Source of the DNA: Candidatus Competibacter sp.
GTDB lineage: Bacteria > Pseudomonadota > Gammaproteobacteria > Competibacterales > Competibacteraceae
DNA length: 64,000 nucleotides
Assembly (NCBI GenBank): GCA_035442025.1
Contig: DAORPQ010000004.1
Coordinates: 14,515-78,514 of the forward strand
Direction of reading: 5' to 3'
A program made the position numbers and the translations under genes. Position 1 is the stretch's first letter, and every line of letters starts with the position of its first letter. Under the pieces are notes generated by a model, which was not told the origin of the DNA, made no database searches, and saw only the letters and a list, made by a program, of their open reading frames with translations. Below, one piece after another: positions 36,280 through 44,193 of the stretch.

Positions 36280-37053
36280 ATGCGAGTGATCACGCTCAAT
36301 GTCAACGGCATCCGGTCCGCCGCCAGCAAGAGCCTTTATCCTTGGTTGAGGGAGCAAAAAGCGGACGTGGTCTGCTTGCAGGAAACCCGCGCGCAAAGTC
36401 AGCAGTTGCCCCCCGCGCATTACCACCCGGTCGGCTACCACTGCGCCTACCACGACGCCAAGCGCCGGGGCTACAGCGGCGTCGCGCTGTACGCGCGGCG
36501 CGAACCCGATGCGACCCTCACCGGTTTGGGATGGCCGGAGTGCGACACGGAAGGCCGCTGGCTGGAAGCGCGGTTCGGCGCGCTCAGTGTGGTTTCCTTA
36601 TACCTGCCCTCCGGCTCCGCCAGCCCCGAACGGCAGGCGGTGAAATTCGACTTTCTGAACCGCTTGGTCAAACCGCTGCGAGCGCTGCGCGCCAGCGGCC
36701 GCGACGTGATTCTCTGCGGCGACTGGAACATCGCGCACAAGGAAATCGATCTCAGGAACTGGCGCGCCAACCGCAAGCACTCCGGCTTTCTGCCCGAGGA
36801 GCGGGCTTGGATGGACACGTTGTTCGGCGCGTTGGGCTGGGTCGACGCCTTTCGGGTCGTCGATCCGCGCCCCGACCAATACACTTGGTGGTCGAACCGC
36901 GGCCGGGCGCGCGACAACAATGTCGGCTGGCGGATCGACTATCAAGTCGTCACGCCGGGCTTGGCGAAAAAGGTGCGCGCCGCCGCCATCTACCGCGACC
37001 AGCGCTTTTCCGATCATGCGCCCCTGACGCTGGACTACGATTATGACTTCTGA
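36280..37053 (+). CDS. xthA: Exodeoxyribonuclease III
   Basis: MRVITLNVNGIRSA...VVCLQETR...ILCGDWNIAH...FSDHAPLTLDY. ATG at 36280. Confidence 0.93.
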   Translation: MRVITLNVNGIRSAASKSLYPWLREQKADVVCLQETRAQSQQLPPAHYHPVGYHCAYHDAKRRGYSGVALYARREPDATLTGLGWPECDTEGRWLEARFGALSVVSLYLPSGSASPERQAVKFDFLNRLVKPLRALRASGRDVILCGDWNIAHKEIDLRNWRANRKHSGFLPEERAWMDTLFGALGWVDAFRVVDPRPDQYTWWSNRGRARDNNVGWRIDYQVVTPGLAKKVRAAAIYRDQRFSDHAPLTLDYDYDF

Positions 37054-38341
37054 AACCGAGCGGCGCTCCGGCGGCGATATTCTGCGGCTTTTTCTCAGCG
37101 GGCGGATGTTGACCGCGCTGTTGATGGGCTTTTCCTCCGGCTTGCCGCTGCTGCTCGCCACCGGGTCGGTGTTGCAGGCGTGGCTGAAGGAAGCCGGCGT
37201 CGATCTCGGCACCATCGGCTTGTTCGCGCTGGTCGGCTTGCCCTACACCCTGAAATTTCTGTGGGCGCCGCTGCTGGATCGCTTCGCTCCCATCGCCAGT
37301 ATGGGCCGGCGGCGCGGGTGGCTGCTGCTGATCCAACTGACACTGGTGGCGGCCATCGTCGGCTTGGGTTTCACCGACCCTTATGAGAGTTTGCCGCTGG
37401 TCACGCTGGCGGCGTTTCTGGTGGCGTTCTTTTCCGCTTCGCAAGATATCGTGATCGATGCTTACCGACGGGAATCGCTGACCGATGATGAGCAAGGGCT
37501 AGGGGCGTCGCTCTACGTCGGCGGCTACCGGTCAGGGCTGTTACTTTCTTCGGGCGGCGGGCTGATCCTCGCCGACTTCATCCCGTTTTCCGCCGTATAT
37601 TGGGTGATGGCGGCGACGATGCTGCCCGGTTTGATCACGACGCTACTGTGCGGCGAACCGCCGGTTACAACCGGCACGCCGCGCACCTTGCGCGAGGCGG
37701 TGGTGCAACCGTTCATCGAATATTTTTCCCGCCACGACGCCGTACTGATTCTTTTATTCGTACTGTTGTACAAAGTTGGTGAGATGCTAGCGAGCCAGAT
37801 GACCACTCCCTTCTACCTAGATCTGGGTTTCAGCAAGACAGAAATCGGCACCATCGTCAAACTGTTCGGCTTCTGGGCAACGGTGCTCGGCGGCATTCTC
37901 GGCGGCGTTTGGATGTTGCGTCTGGGTCAGTACCGCGCGCTCTGGCTGTTCGGCGCGCTGCAAGCCATCGGCTTGCTCGGTTTCGTGATACTGGCGCGGC
38001 TCGGCCACAGTTTGCCAGGGTTAGCCCTAGCGATTACTAGCGAAAATCTGTTCGCCGGCATGGCGACCACCGCTTATCTCGCGTTCATGGCAACCCAAAC
38101 CAACAAGAAATTCACCGCCACTCAATATGCGTTGCTCAGCAGCCTGATGGGCATTCCGCGCGTGGTGTTAACCACGCCGACCGGCTATCTGGCCCAATGG
38201 CTGGGCTGGGAAGGTTTTTTCCTGTTTTGCATGGCCGCCACGGTGCCGGGCTTATGGCTGCTGACCCGGTTTAGGGGATGGATGGAGGCGGAGCGCCCCG
38301 CCAGTGAGCCGCAACCCGCCGTCGCTGGAACCAAACGCTAG
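37043..38341 (+). CDS. ampG: AmpG family muropeptide MFS transporter
   Basis: 432 aa, polytopic. LLMGFSSGLPLLLATGSVLQAWLKEAGVDLGTIGLFALVGLPYTLKFLWAPLLDR is typical of the AmpG N-terminus. Confidence 0.88.
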   Translation: MTSETERRSGGDILRLFLSGRMLTALLMGFSSGLPLLLATGSVLQAWLKEAGVDLGTIGLFALVGLPYTLKFLWAPLLDRFAPIASMGRRRGWLLLIQLTLVAAIVGLGFTDPYESLPLVTLAAFLVAFFSASQDIVIDAYRRESLTDDEQGLGASLYVGGYRSGLLLSSGGGLILADFIPFSAVYWVMAATMLPGLITTLLCGEPPVTTGTPRTLREAVVQPFIEYFSRHDAVLILLFVLLYKVGEMLASQMTTPFYLDLGFSKTEIGTIVKLFGFWATVLGGILGGVWMLRLGQYRALWLFGALQAIGLLGFVILARLGHSLPGLALAITSENLFAGMATTAYLAFMATQTNKKFTATQYALLSSLMGIPRVVLTTPTGYLAQWLGWEGFFLFCMAATVPGLWLLTRFRGWMEAERPASEPQPAVAGTKR

Positions 38342-38342
38342 G

Positions 38343-40796
38343 CTAGACCAGCGGCAAGTTGGCGACCATCACCCCGGCATCGTCCGGGCATACCTTGATC
38401 GTGAAACCCGTGGCCCGGCACAAAGCCAGCATCGGCTCGTTTTCCCGCAGGATTTCCCCGAACAACTCGCGAAAGCCTCTCTCTTTCGCGTAACGGATCA
38501 GCCGGCGCAGCAGCAGGCTGCCCAGCCCGATCCCGGTCGCCGCCCGCAACAGGACAATGGCGAACTCGGCCCGCTCGCCGTCGGCGTCGCGCATCAACCG
38601 CGCCACCCCGCAGCTCTCCGGCGGCCGGTCGGGCCGCTGGCGGAACACCACCAGCGCCATATCGCGTTCGTAGTCGATTTGCGTCAGGCGGGCAGCTTCC
38701 TCGTGAGTCAGTTCCGTGATCGTGCGCATGAAGCGCATCCGCACGTCCTCGGTCGATAACTGCTTGAACGAGGCCACAAAAGCCGGTTCATCTTCCGGCC
38801 GCACCGGGCGAATTAGCAGGATCGAGCCGTCCGGCAACGCAACGGTCTCTTCCAGCTCGCGCGGATAGGGCCGGATCGCCAGCCGCTCGCGGGACGGAAA
38901 CCCCATCGCGGCGAGCCGAATTCGGGCGGCTTCCACGCACGCCCCGTCAGGGTTTACCAGTACGGGATTCAATTCCAGTTCGACGATTTCGCCCAAATCT
39001 ACGATCAGCCGCGAAACCCTGACCAGCAGCGAGATGACGCCGGCCAACACGCCGGGCAGGGCGGCGTCGGCCTCGCGTAGCCGAGGGTAAAGCCGCGAAT
39101 GCCGGATCGCCTCGCGCGCCAGCGTCGGATCGAGCGGCGGTAACGCAACAGTGGCTTCATCGACCCCAAGCGCGTCACGCTCGGCCGATTCCAGCAGCAA
39201 CACCGGGCCGAACACCGCATCCTCGACCGCGCGCACGCCCAGCACTAACGGGCGGACCACCGACTTAAACCCCGGAAGCGACATCGAAACCCCGTAAGCG
39301 CCCAGCACCGCGCCGACTTCCGGGTTATCCAGCACGTCGCGACCCGCCGCCAACAGGGTCTCGATCAATTGGCGAGCGCCGTTCAGATCGGCGGCCGAGG
39401 GGTCCGGCAGCCAGGGCGGGGTCGCCATCAAACCGATGCGGTTCTGCTGGCGACGCCAACACTGCATGAACGTTCGAACCGCATCATCAAGCGCCTCGTA
39501 GACCGGGATGCGCCGGGCGTGAAGAGAGGGCCGGACAAGGCGAGCGCTCTCCGCGCCCAGCCAGCAGGCCAACACGCCGGGTCGCGGCTCGCCGCGCCCG
39601 TCCCAACGGTTCACGGTCCCGGCCAGCGCCATAGCTGCCTCTTCGGCCGAAACTCGCGCGTTGGGCGAATGCAACACCAATACGCAGTCGGCATCGCCCT
39701 CCCGCAGCAGAATCTCCACAGCGGCGCCGTAACGCTCCGCGCCGACGTCGGCGCCCAAATCGAGCGGGTTTTGGGGCTTGCTGACGGTCGGTGCGAGGCG
39801 TCGCAGCGCGTTCTCGGTCTCCTGGCCGAACCGGGCCAGATGGCCGCCTTCCGCCAGCAAGGCATCCGCGGCCAGCAGACCCAACAGCCGGCTATTACCG
39901 ACCAGCGCCAGCCGGTCGCCCGCGATCGGCGCATCCAATACCAGCGTCGCCCCGACCCGGCACAAATCCGGCAGCGACGGCAGCCGCAAGATTCCAGCCC
40001 GGTGGAAAGCGGCCTCATAAACCGCATCGGTCCGGTGGGAGGCCGCATCGTCGCCCTGGCCGGCGCGCACCACCAGCACCGGCTTGACCCGCGCCGCCGC
40101 CCGCGCCGCCGACAGGAACGGTCGGGCGTGCTCCACGGTTTCCAGCACCAACAGGATGACGTGGGTAGCGGCATCATCGATCAGACGATCCAGCAAATCG
40201 GCGACACCGATATCGATCTGTCCGCCCAAGGAAGCGACGTGAGAAAAGCCGATACCTTGAGTGTTGGCCCACTCGATGATCGGCGACAGCGCCGCTGAGG
40301 ACTGTGAAAGCAAGGCCAAATGGCCCGGTAAAGGCGCTTGCGGAACAAGTGAGGCATTAAAGCCGCAACGCGGCGAGATGAGTTCACCACCGGGACCGAG
40401 AATGCTCAGGCGGTAGGAGCGCGCGGCTTTCCGTAAAGCCCCGCGAAAAACCGCCGTCTCATCGCTGCCGCGAAAATTGTAAGGTGTGGCGATGATGACG
40501 GCTTTGATCCCGCGGCGACCCGCTTCGAGCAACAACCTGGGAATCGTGCGCACCGGCGTGGCGATCACCGCCAACTCCGGCGTGCTCGGTAGATCGGCGA
40601 GGCGTCGGTAAGCCGGCCTGTCGCGCACCTGCCGATGACGGCGGTTGACGAAAAACACATCGCCCTTGAAATCGCCGGCCAACAGGTTCCGAGCCAACGC
40701 CTCACCGAGCGAACCGGGCCGCTCGCTGGCCCCGACCAACGCGACGGAAGCCGGACCGCACAGATAGCGTAAATGGTGGACGGACATCGCCCTCAC
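38343..40796 (-). CDS. Bifunctional ADP-forming acyl-CoA synthetase-like / GNAT protein (Pat/YfiQ-type protein lysine acetyltransferase)
   Basis: 817 aa. N-terminal CoA-binding region (VALVGASERPGSLG), central ATP-grasp-like region, C-terminal GNAT (IRPVRPEDEPAF...GIGLGSLLLRRLIRYAKERG). Confidence 0.85.
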   Translation of the reverse strand: MRAMSVHHLRYLCGPASVALVGASERPGSLGEALARNLLAGDFKGDVFFVNRRHRQVRDRPAYRRLADLPSTPELAVIATPVRTIPRLLLEAGRRGIKAVIIATPYNFRGSDETAVFRGALRKAARSYRLSILGPGGELISPRCGFNASLVPQAPLPGHLALLSQSSAALSPIIEWANTQGIGFSHVASLGGQIDIGVADLLDRLIDDAATHVILLVLETVEHARPFLSAARAAARVKPVLVVRAGQGDDAASHRTDAVYEAAFHRAGILRLPSLPDLCRVGATLVLDAPIAGDRLALVGNSRLLGLLAADALLAEGGHLARFGQETENALRRLAPTVSKPQNPLDLGADVGAERYGAAVEILLREGDADCVLVLHSPNARVSAEEAAMALAGTVNRWDGRGEPRPGVLACWLGAESARLVRPSLHARRIPVYEALDDAVRTFMQCWRRQQNRIGLMATPPWLPDPSAADLNGARQLIETLLAAGRDVLDNPEVGAVLGAYGVSMSLPGFKSVVRPLVLGVRAVEDAVFGPVLLLESAERDALGVDEATVALPPLDPTLAREAIRHSRLYPRLREADAALPGVLAGVISLLVRVSRLIVDLGEIVELELNPVLVNPDGACVEAARIRLAAMGFPSRERLAIRPYPRELEETVALPDGSILLIRPVRPEDEPAFVASFKQLSTEDVRMRFMRTITELTHEEAARLTQIDYERDMALVVFRQRPDRPPESCGVARLMRDADGERAEFAIVLLRAATGIGLGSLLLRRLIRYAKERGFRELFGEILRENEPMLALCRATGFTIKVCPDDAGVMVANLPLV

Positions 40797-41072
40797 TCCT
40801 TACCCTAAGTGGAGTAAGGATATACGGTGCGGCAGCCGGAAATGCAACGACCTTCCGAACCGGCGGCCGGGACCGGGGGCCGTCACTCCGGGATTCGGGC
40901 CACATAGCCCCAACCGTTGCAATTCCGCCCGATCCAAAGTATCAAGCCGCCAAAGCAATGCGCCGATCTGCGGAGCCGGAATCAAGCGTTTCAGTGGGCG
41001 GTGCGAGCGGCCAGGCTGTTCGATCCCATCCTTTAAGCGAGCCAGGTCCAAGCGGCAGCCAGCAACTCCGAG

Positions 41073-41270
41073 TCACCGGTCCGCCGCTTTCGGGCAAACG
41101 GACCCCAAGGAGCAACTACCGCATCCGCCAGCGGCTAGCGGCTTTCGGTCCAAGCTATCAACTTCTTCCCGACAACCGTTAGCACGGAATAGCCGAACGG
41201 GAATAAAAGGCCGCAACAAGGCCAACGCGGCAATCGCCACGATCAGCAGAGCCAGCAAATCTTGCCACAT
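41073..41270 (-). CDS. FeoB-associated Cys-rich membrane protein
   Basis: 65 aa. One TM helix (LLALLIVAIAALALL) then a Cys-rich tail (GGCGSCSLGSVC). Lies immediately downstream of feoB. Confidence 0.7.
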   Translation of the reverse strand: MWQDLLALLIVAIAALALLRPFIPVRLFRANGCREEVDSLDRKPLAAGGCGSCSLGSVCPKAADR

Positions 41271-41271
41271 T

Positions 41272-43188
41272 TCAGCCGCCTCCCATCGCCAATACGACCC
41301 GATAAGTTATAAAGGCCGCGATATAGGCCAACGCCATCAGGTAGACGAACATGAACGCGGCCCAGCGCCAGGAATTGGTTTCGCGGCGGACGGCGGCCAG
41401 CGTCGCCAGACATTGCGGGGCGAACACGTACCACGCCAGCAGCGAGAGCGCCGTCGCCAAGCTCCAGTTCTGGGCCAGCGTCGCCGATAGCGCCTCTCTA
41501 ACCACCCCTTCATCGCCGCTCAGGGCATAGACGGTGCCGAGCGCCGCCACCGCCACCTCGCGCGCCGCCAGACCCGGCACCAAGGCGATGGCGATTTGCC
41601 AGTTGAAACCGATGGGCGCCAGCAGCGGTTCCAGCCCGCGTCCGATCACGCCGGCGAAGCTGTAATAGATGGCCGGTTCCGTCGCCCCCGCCGGCGGCGC
41701 GGGGAAGGTCGAGAGAAACCAGAGAATCACCATCAGGCTCAGGATGATGGTGCCGATGCGCCGCATGAAGATTTTGACGCGATCCCACAAACCCAGCAGC
41801 ACGTTGGCGGGATTCGGCCATTTGTAGCTCGGCAACTCCATCAGCAACGGTTGTCGGCCGCCTTTCAGCAAAGTCAGCCGCAACACGCCCGCCACTGTCA
41901 GCGCCCCGACGATGCCGGTCGCGTATAACCCGAACATGACCAACCCCTGCAAGCCAACGCCACCCCACACCGTGACGTTGGGGATAAACGCGGCGATCAG
42001 CAACACGTACACCGGCAGCCGCGCCGAGCAGGTCATCAGCGGAGCGATCAGAATGGTGACCAAACGATCCAGCGGATGGGCGATGGCGCGGGTCGCCATG
42101 ATGCCGGGAACGGCGCAGGCGAAACTGGACAACAAGGGAATGAAAGCCCGACCGTTCAGGCCCGCCGCGCTCATCAGCCGATCCATCAAAAACGCGGCAC
42201 GGGTCATGTAGCCGGAATCTTCCAGCAGCAGGATGAACAGGAACAGGATCAGGATTTGCGGCAGAAAGATCACCACCCCGCCGACGCCGGCAATGATCCC
42301 ATCGACCAGCAGGCTTTTCAGCAGGCTGTCTGGCAGGTGCGCGCCAAGCCACTGTTGCGCGCCGGCCACGCCGCCGTCGATCCAGTCCATCGGCGTTTGC
42401 GCCCAGCCGAACACGGCCTGAAACATCAGAAACAACAGCGCGAGCAAGATCGCTGGACCGGCTATTGGGTGCAGCAGCACGCCATCCAATAGCCGGGTGA
42501 AGCGTGCCGGCGCACCTTCCTGGACCACGGCCTCCCGCAGCACCCGCCCGACTTCCCGGTGATAGGCGCGGATGGCGTTCGGCGAGGGTTCTTGCCAGCC
42601 GGCGACGGCGGTAGCGCCATCTCCAGCCACAGCACGACCGAGCAGCGCATCGATTTGGCCGAGCAGGTCTTGCACTCCGCTTTTGCGCATGGCGACGGTG
42701 GTCACCACGGGAATACCCAACTCGCGGGACAGCGCTTCGGTATCGATCCGGCAACCGCGCTTCCGGGCAATGTCCATCATGTTGAGTGCCAGAATCAGCG
42801 GCCGGCCCAGCGGGCGGAGTTCCAGCAGCAGCCGCAAGTGCTGGTTGAGATTGGTGGCGTCGGTCACGCAAACGATGGCGTCCGGCAGGGATTCCCGCTG
42901 CTGCCGGCCGAGCACCACATCGCGGGTGATGGCCTCGTCGGGGCTGCGGGCGCGCAGGCTGTAGCTGCCCGGCAAGTCCAGCACTTCGACCGCGTGGCCG
43001 GCGGGCGTGTGCAGAAAACCGCTCTTGCGCTCGACGGTGACGCCGGGGTAGTTGGCGGTTTTTTGCCGGCCGCCGGTCAGGGTATTGAACAGCGTGGTCT
43101 TGCCGCTGTTGGGCGGGCCGACCAGCGCGATGCGGGCGGATCGAAGGCTCTCCGCGGTCAGCGTTGCGGCGGTCACGATGGCGCGCAC
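41272..43188 (-). CDS. feoB: Ferrous iron transporter FeoB
   Basis: 638 aa. G domain IALVGPPNSGKTTLFNTLTG, DLPG, followed by a polytopic membrane domain. Confidence 0.96.
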   Translation of the reverse strand: MRAIVTAATLTAESLRSARIALVGPPNSGKTTLFNTLTGGRQKTANYPGVTVERKSGFLHTPAGHAVEVLDLPGSYSLRARSPDEAITRDVVLGRQQRESLPDAIVCVTDATNLNQHLRLLLELRPLGRPLILALNMMDIARKRGCRIDTEALSRELGIPVVTTVAMRKSGVQDLLGQIDALLGRAVAGDGATAVAGWQEPSPNAIRAYHREVGRVLREAVVQEGAPARFTRLLDGVLLHPIAGPAILLALLFLMFQAVFGWAQTPMDWIDGGVAGAQQWLGAHLPDSLLKSLLVDGIIAGVGGVVIFLPQILILFLFILLLEDSGYMTRAAFLMDRLMSAAGLNGRAFIPLLSSFACAVPGIMATRAIAHPLDRLVTILIAPLMTCSARLPVYVLLIAAFIPNVTVWGGVGLQGLVMFGLYATGIVGALTVAGVLRLTLLKGGRQPLLMELPSYKWPNPANVLLGLWDRVKIFMRRIGTIILSLMVILWFLSTFPAPPAGATEPAIYYSFAGVIGRGLEPLLAPIGFNWQIAIALVPGLAAREVAVAALGTVYALSGDEGVVREALSATLAQNWSLATALSLLAWYVFAPQCLATLAAVRRETNSWRWAAFMFVYLMALAYIAAFITYRVVLAMGGG

Positions 43189-43535
43189 CCCAGAGCGGCC
43201 GACCCGACGTCCGGCATGGGCTCAAGCAAGGGGCCAACCAGTACGGCGTCGGCCTCACGACGGCGCAAGGCGACAGTCATGGTTTGATTGATGCGCACCG
43301 CCAGCGGGTCGCGTCCCAGAAACCCGTAATGCAAAACTTCAACGGCCGCACCTTCGACGAAACCCATTTCCAGCAGGCCACGCTCGATGTCGCGTTGATC
43401 CTTGTCAGCGCTGCCCCGCACCGCCAGGATCCGGCCGACCCCGCCGCGCCGCATCTGACTCAAAGGCTGGGTCGGGCTTGATGGGCCGGCAAGGTGGAGG
43501 TCGGAAGCGGGTTGCGCCGGTTTACGCTTTTTCAT
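43173..43535 (-). CDS. feoA: Ferrous iron transport protein FeoA
   Basis: FeoA SH3-like core LSQMRRGGVGRILAVRG...LLEMGFVEGAAVEVL...PLAVRINQTMTVALRRREADAV. Start abuts the upstream ferritin-like stop. The N-terminal ~25 aa are low complexity, so the start is uncertain. Confidence 0.85.
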   Translation of the reverse strand: MKKRKPAQPASDLHLAGPSSPTQPLSQMRRGGVGRILAVRGSADKDQRDIERGLLEMGFVEGAAVEVLHYGFLGRDPLAVRINQTMTVALRRREADAVLVGPLLEPMPDVGSAALGCAPS

Positions 43536-44000
43536 TCAGGCGCTCTCCGCTGCGGTTTCGGTTTGGCCCGGCGCTCGCAACATCTTGTCCACTTCATCCT
43601 GGTGGGTCAGCTCCTCGGCGATCAGGGTGCGGGCGTATTCTTCCAGCCGCACATCCTTGTCGCTGGCGCAATCCAGCAGTTGGTAGTAGGCGTCGAGCGC
43701 TTCCCTTTCGTGCGCCAGGGATTCGCGCAGGATAGCGCCGATGTCGTGCCGGTGCGTTTCCAGTAGCGGGCCGATGCCGAGCGAGGGATGGCCGCCCAAA
43801 CCGGTGATCAGCTCACCGGCCTGCCGGGCGTGCAGCAGGCTTTCATCGGCCTGAGCGTTGAGCCAACTGACGATGGGGATGCGGTTGTAGCCGAACACCA
43901 TCAGCGCGTAGTGGGTGTAACGCACCACCCCGGCCAGTTCTAGCTCCATGATGCGATTCAAAATGCCGATGGCGGCGTTTTTGTCGATTTCTTTGCTCAT
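43536..44000 (-). CDS. Bacterioferritin-family (ferritin-like di-iron) protein
   Basis: 154 aa, four-helix-bundle-like. Ferroxidase ligand pattern ELE...Y, ADESLLH, E...E, AEELTHQDE aligned by eye to Bfr. ATG at 44000 (MSKEIDKNAAIGILNRIMELELAG). Confidence 0.8.
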   Translation of the reverse strand: MSKEIDKNAAIGILNRIMELELAGVVRYTHYALMVFGYNRIPIVSWLNAQADESLLHARQAGELITGLGGHPSLGIGPLLETHRHDIGAILRESLAHEREALDAYYQLLDCASDKDVRLEEYARTLIAEELTHQDEVDKMLRAPGQTETAAESA

Positions 44001-44109
44001 GTCGGTGCTGCCTTCTGGTCGATGATCGTGAGGAAACGGTCGCTTTCTGGCGGGATGCATCAAAAATGCCAGAGTATTCCTCTCAACTTTTCACGTCTTA
44101 CTTGAAGGC

Positions 44110-44138
44110 ATTATAGGAAAAATGAGAATCATTCTCAA
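44110..44138 (-). promoter_or_regulatory. Sigma70 promoter overlapped by a Fur box, upstream of the ferritin-like-feoABC operon
   Basis: Minus strand reads TTGAGA (44133-44138), 17 nt, TATAAT (44110-44115). Perfect palindrome TGAGAAT-C-ATTCTCA (44123-44137) spans the -35 and spacer. It matches 15/19 positions of the Fur consensus GATAATGATAATCATTATC. Confidence 0.75.
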
Positions 44139-44193
44139 ATAAAAATTAGCGCAATTCTATCGCGTGCGCCTCGCCGGATTTAGGCTGAAATGA

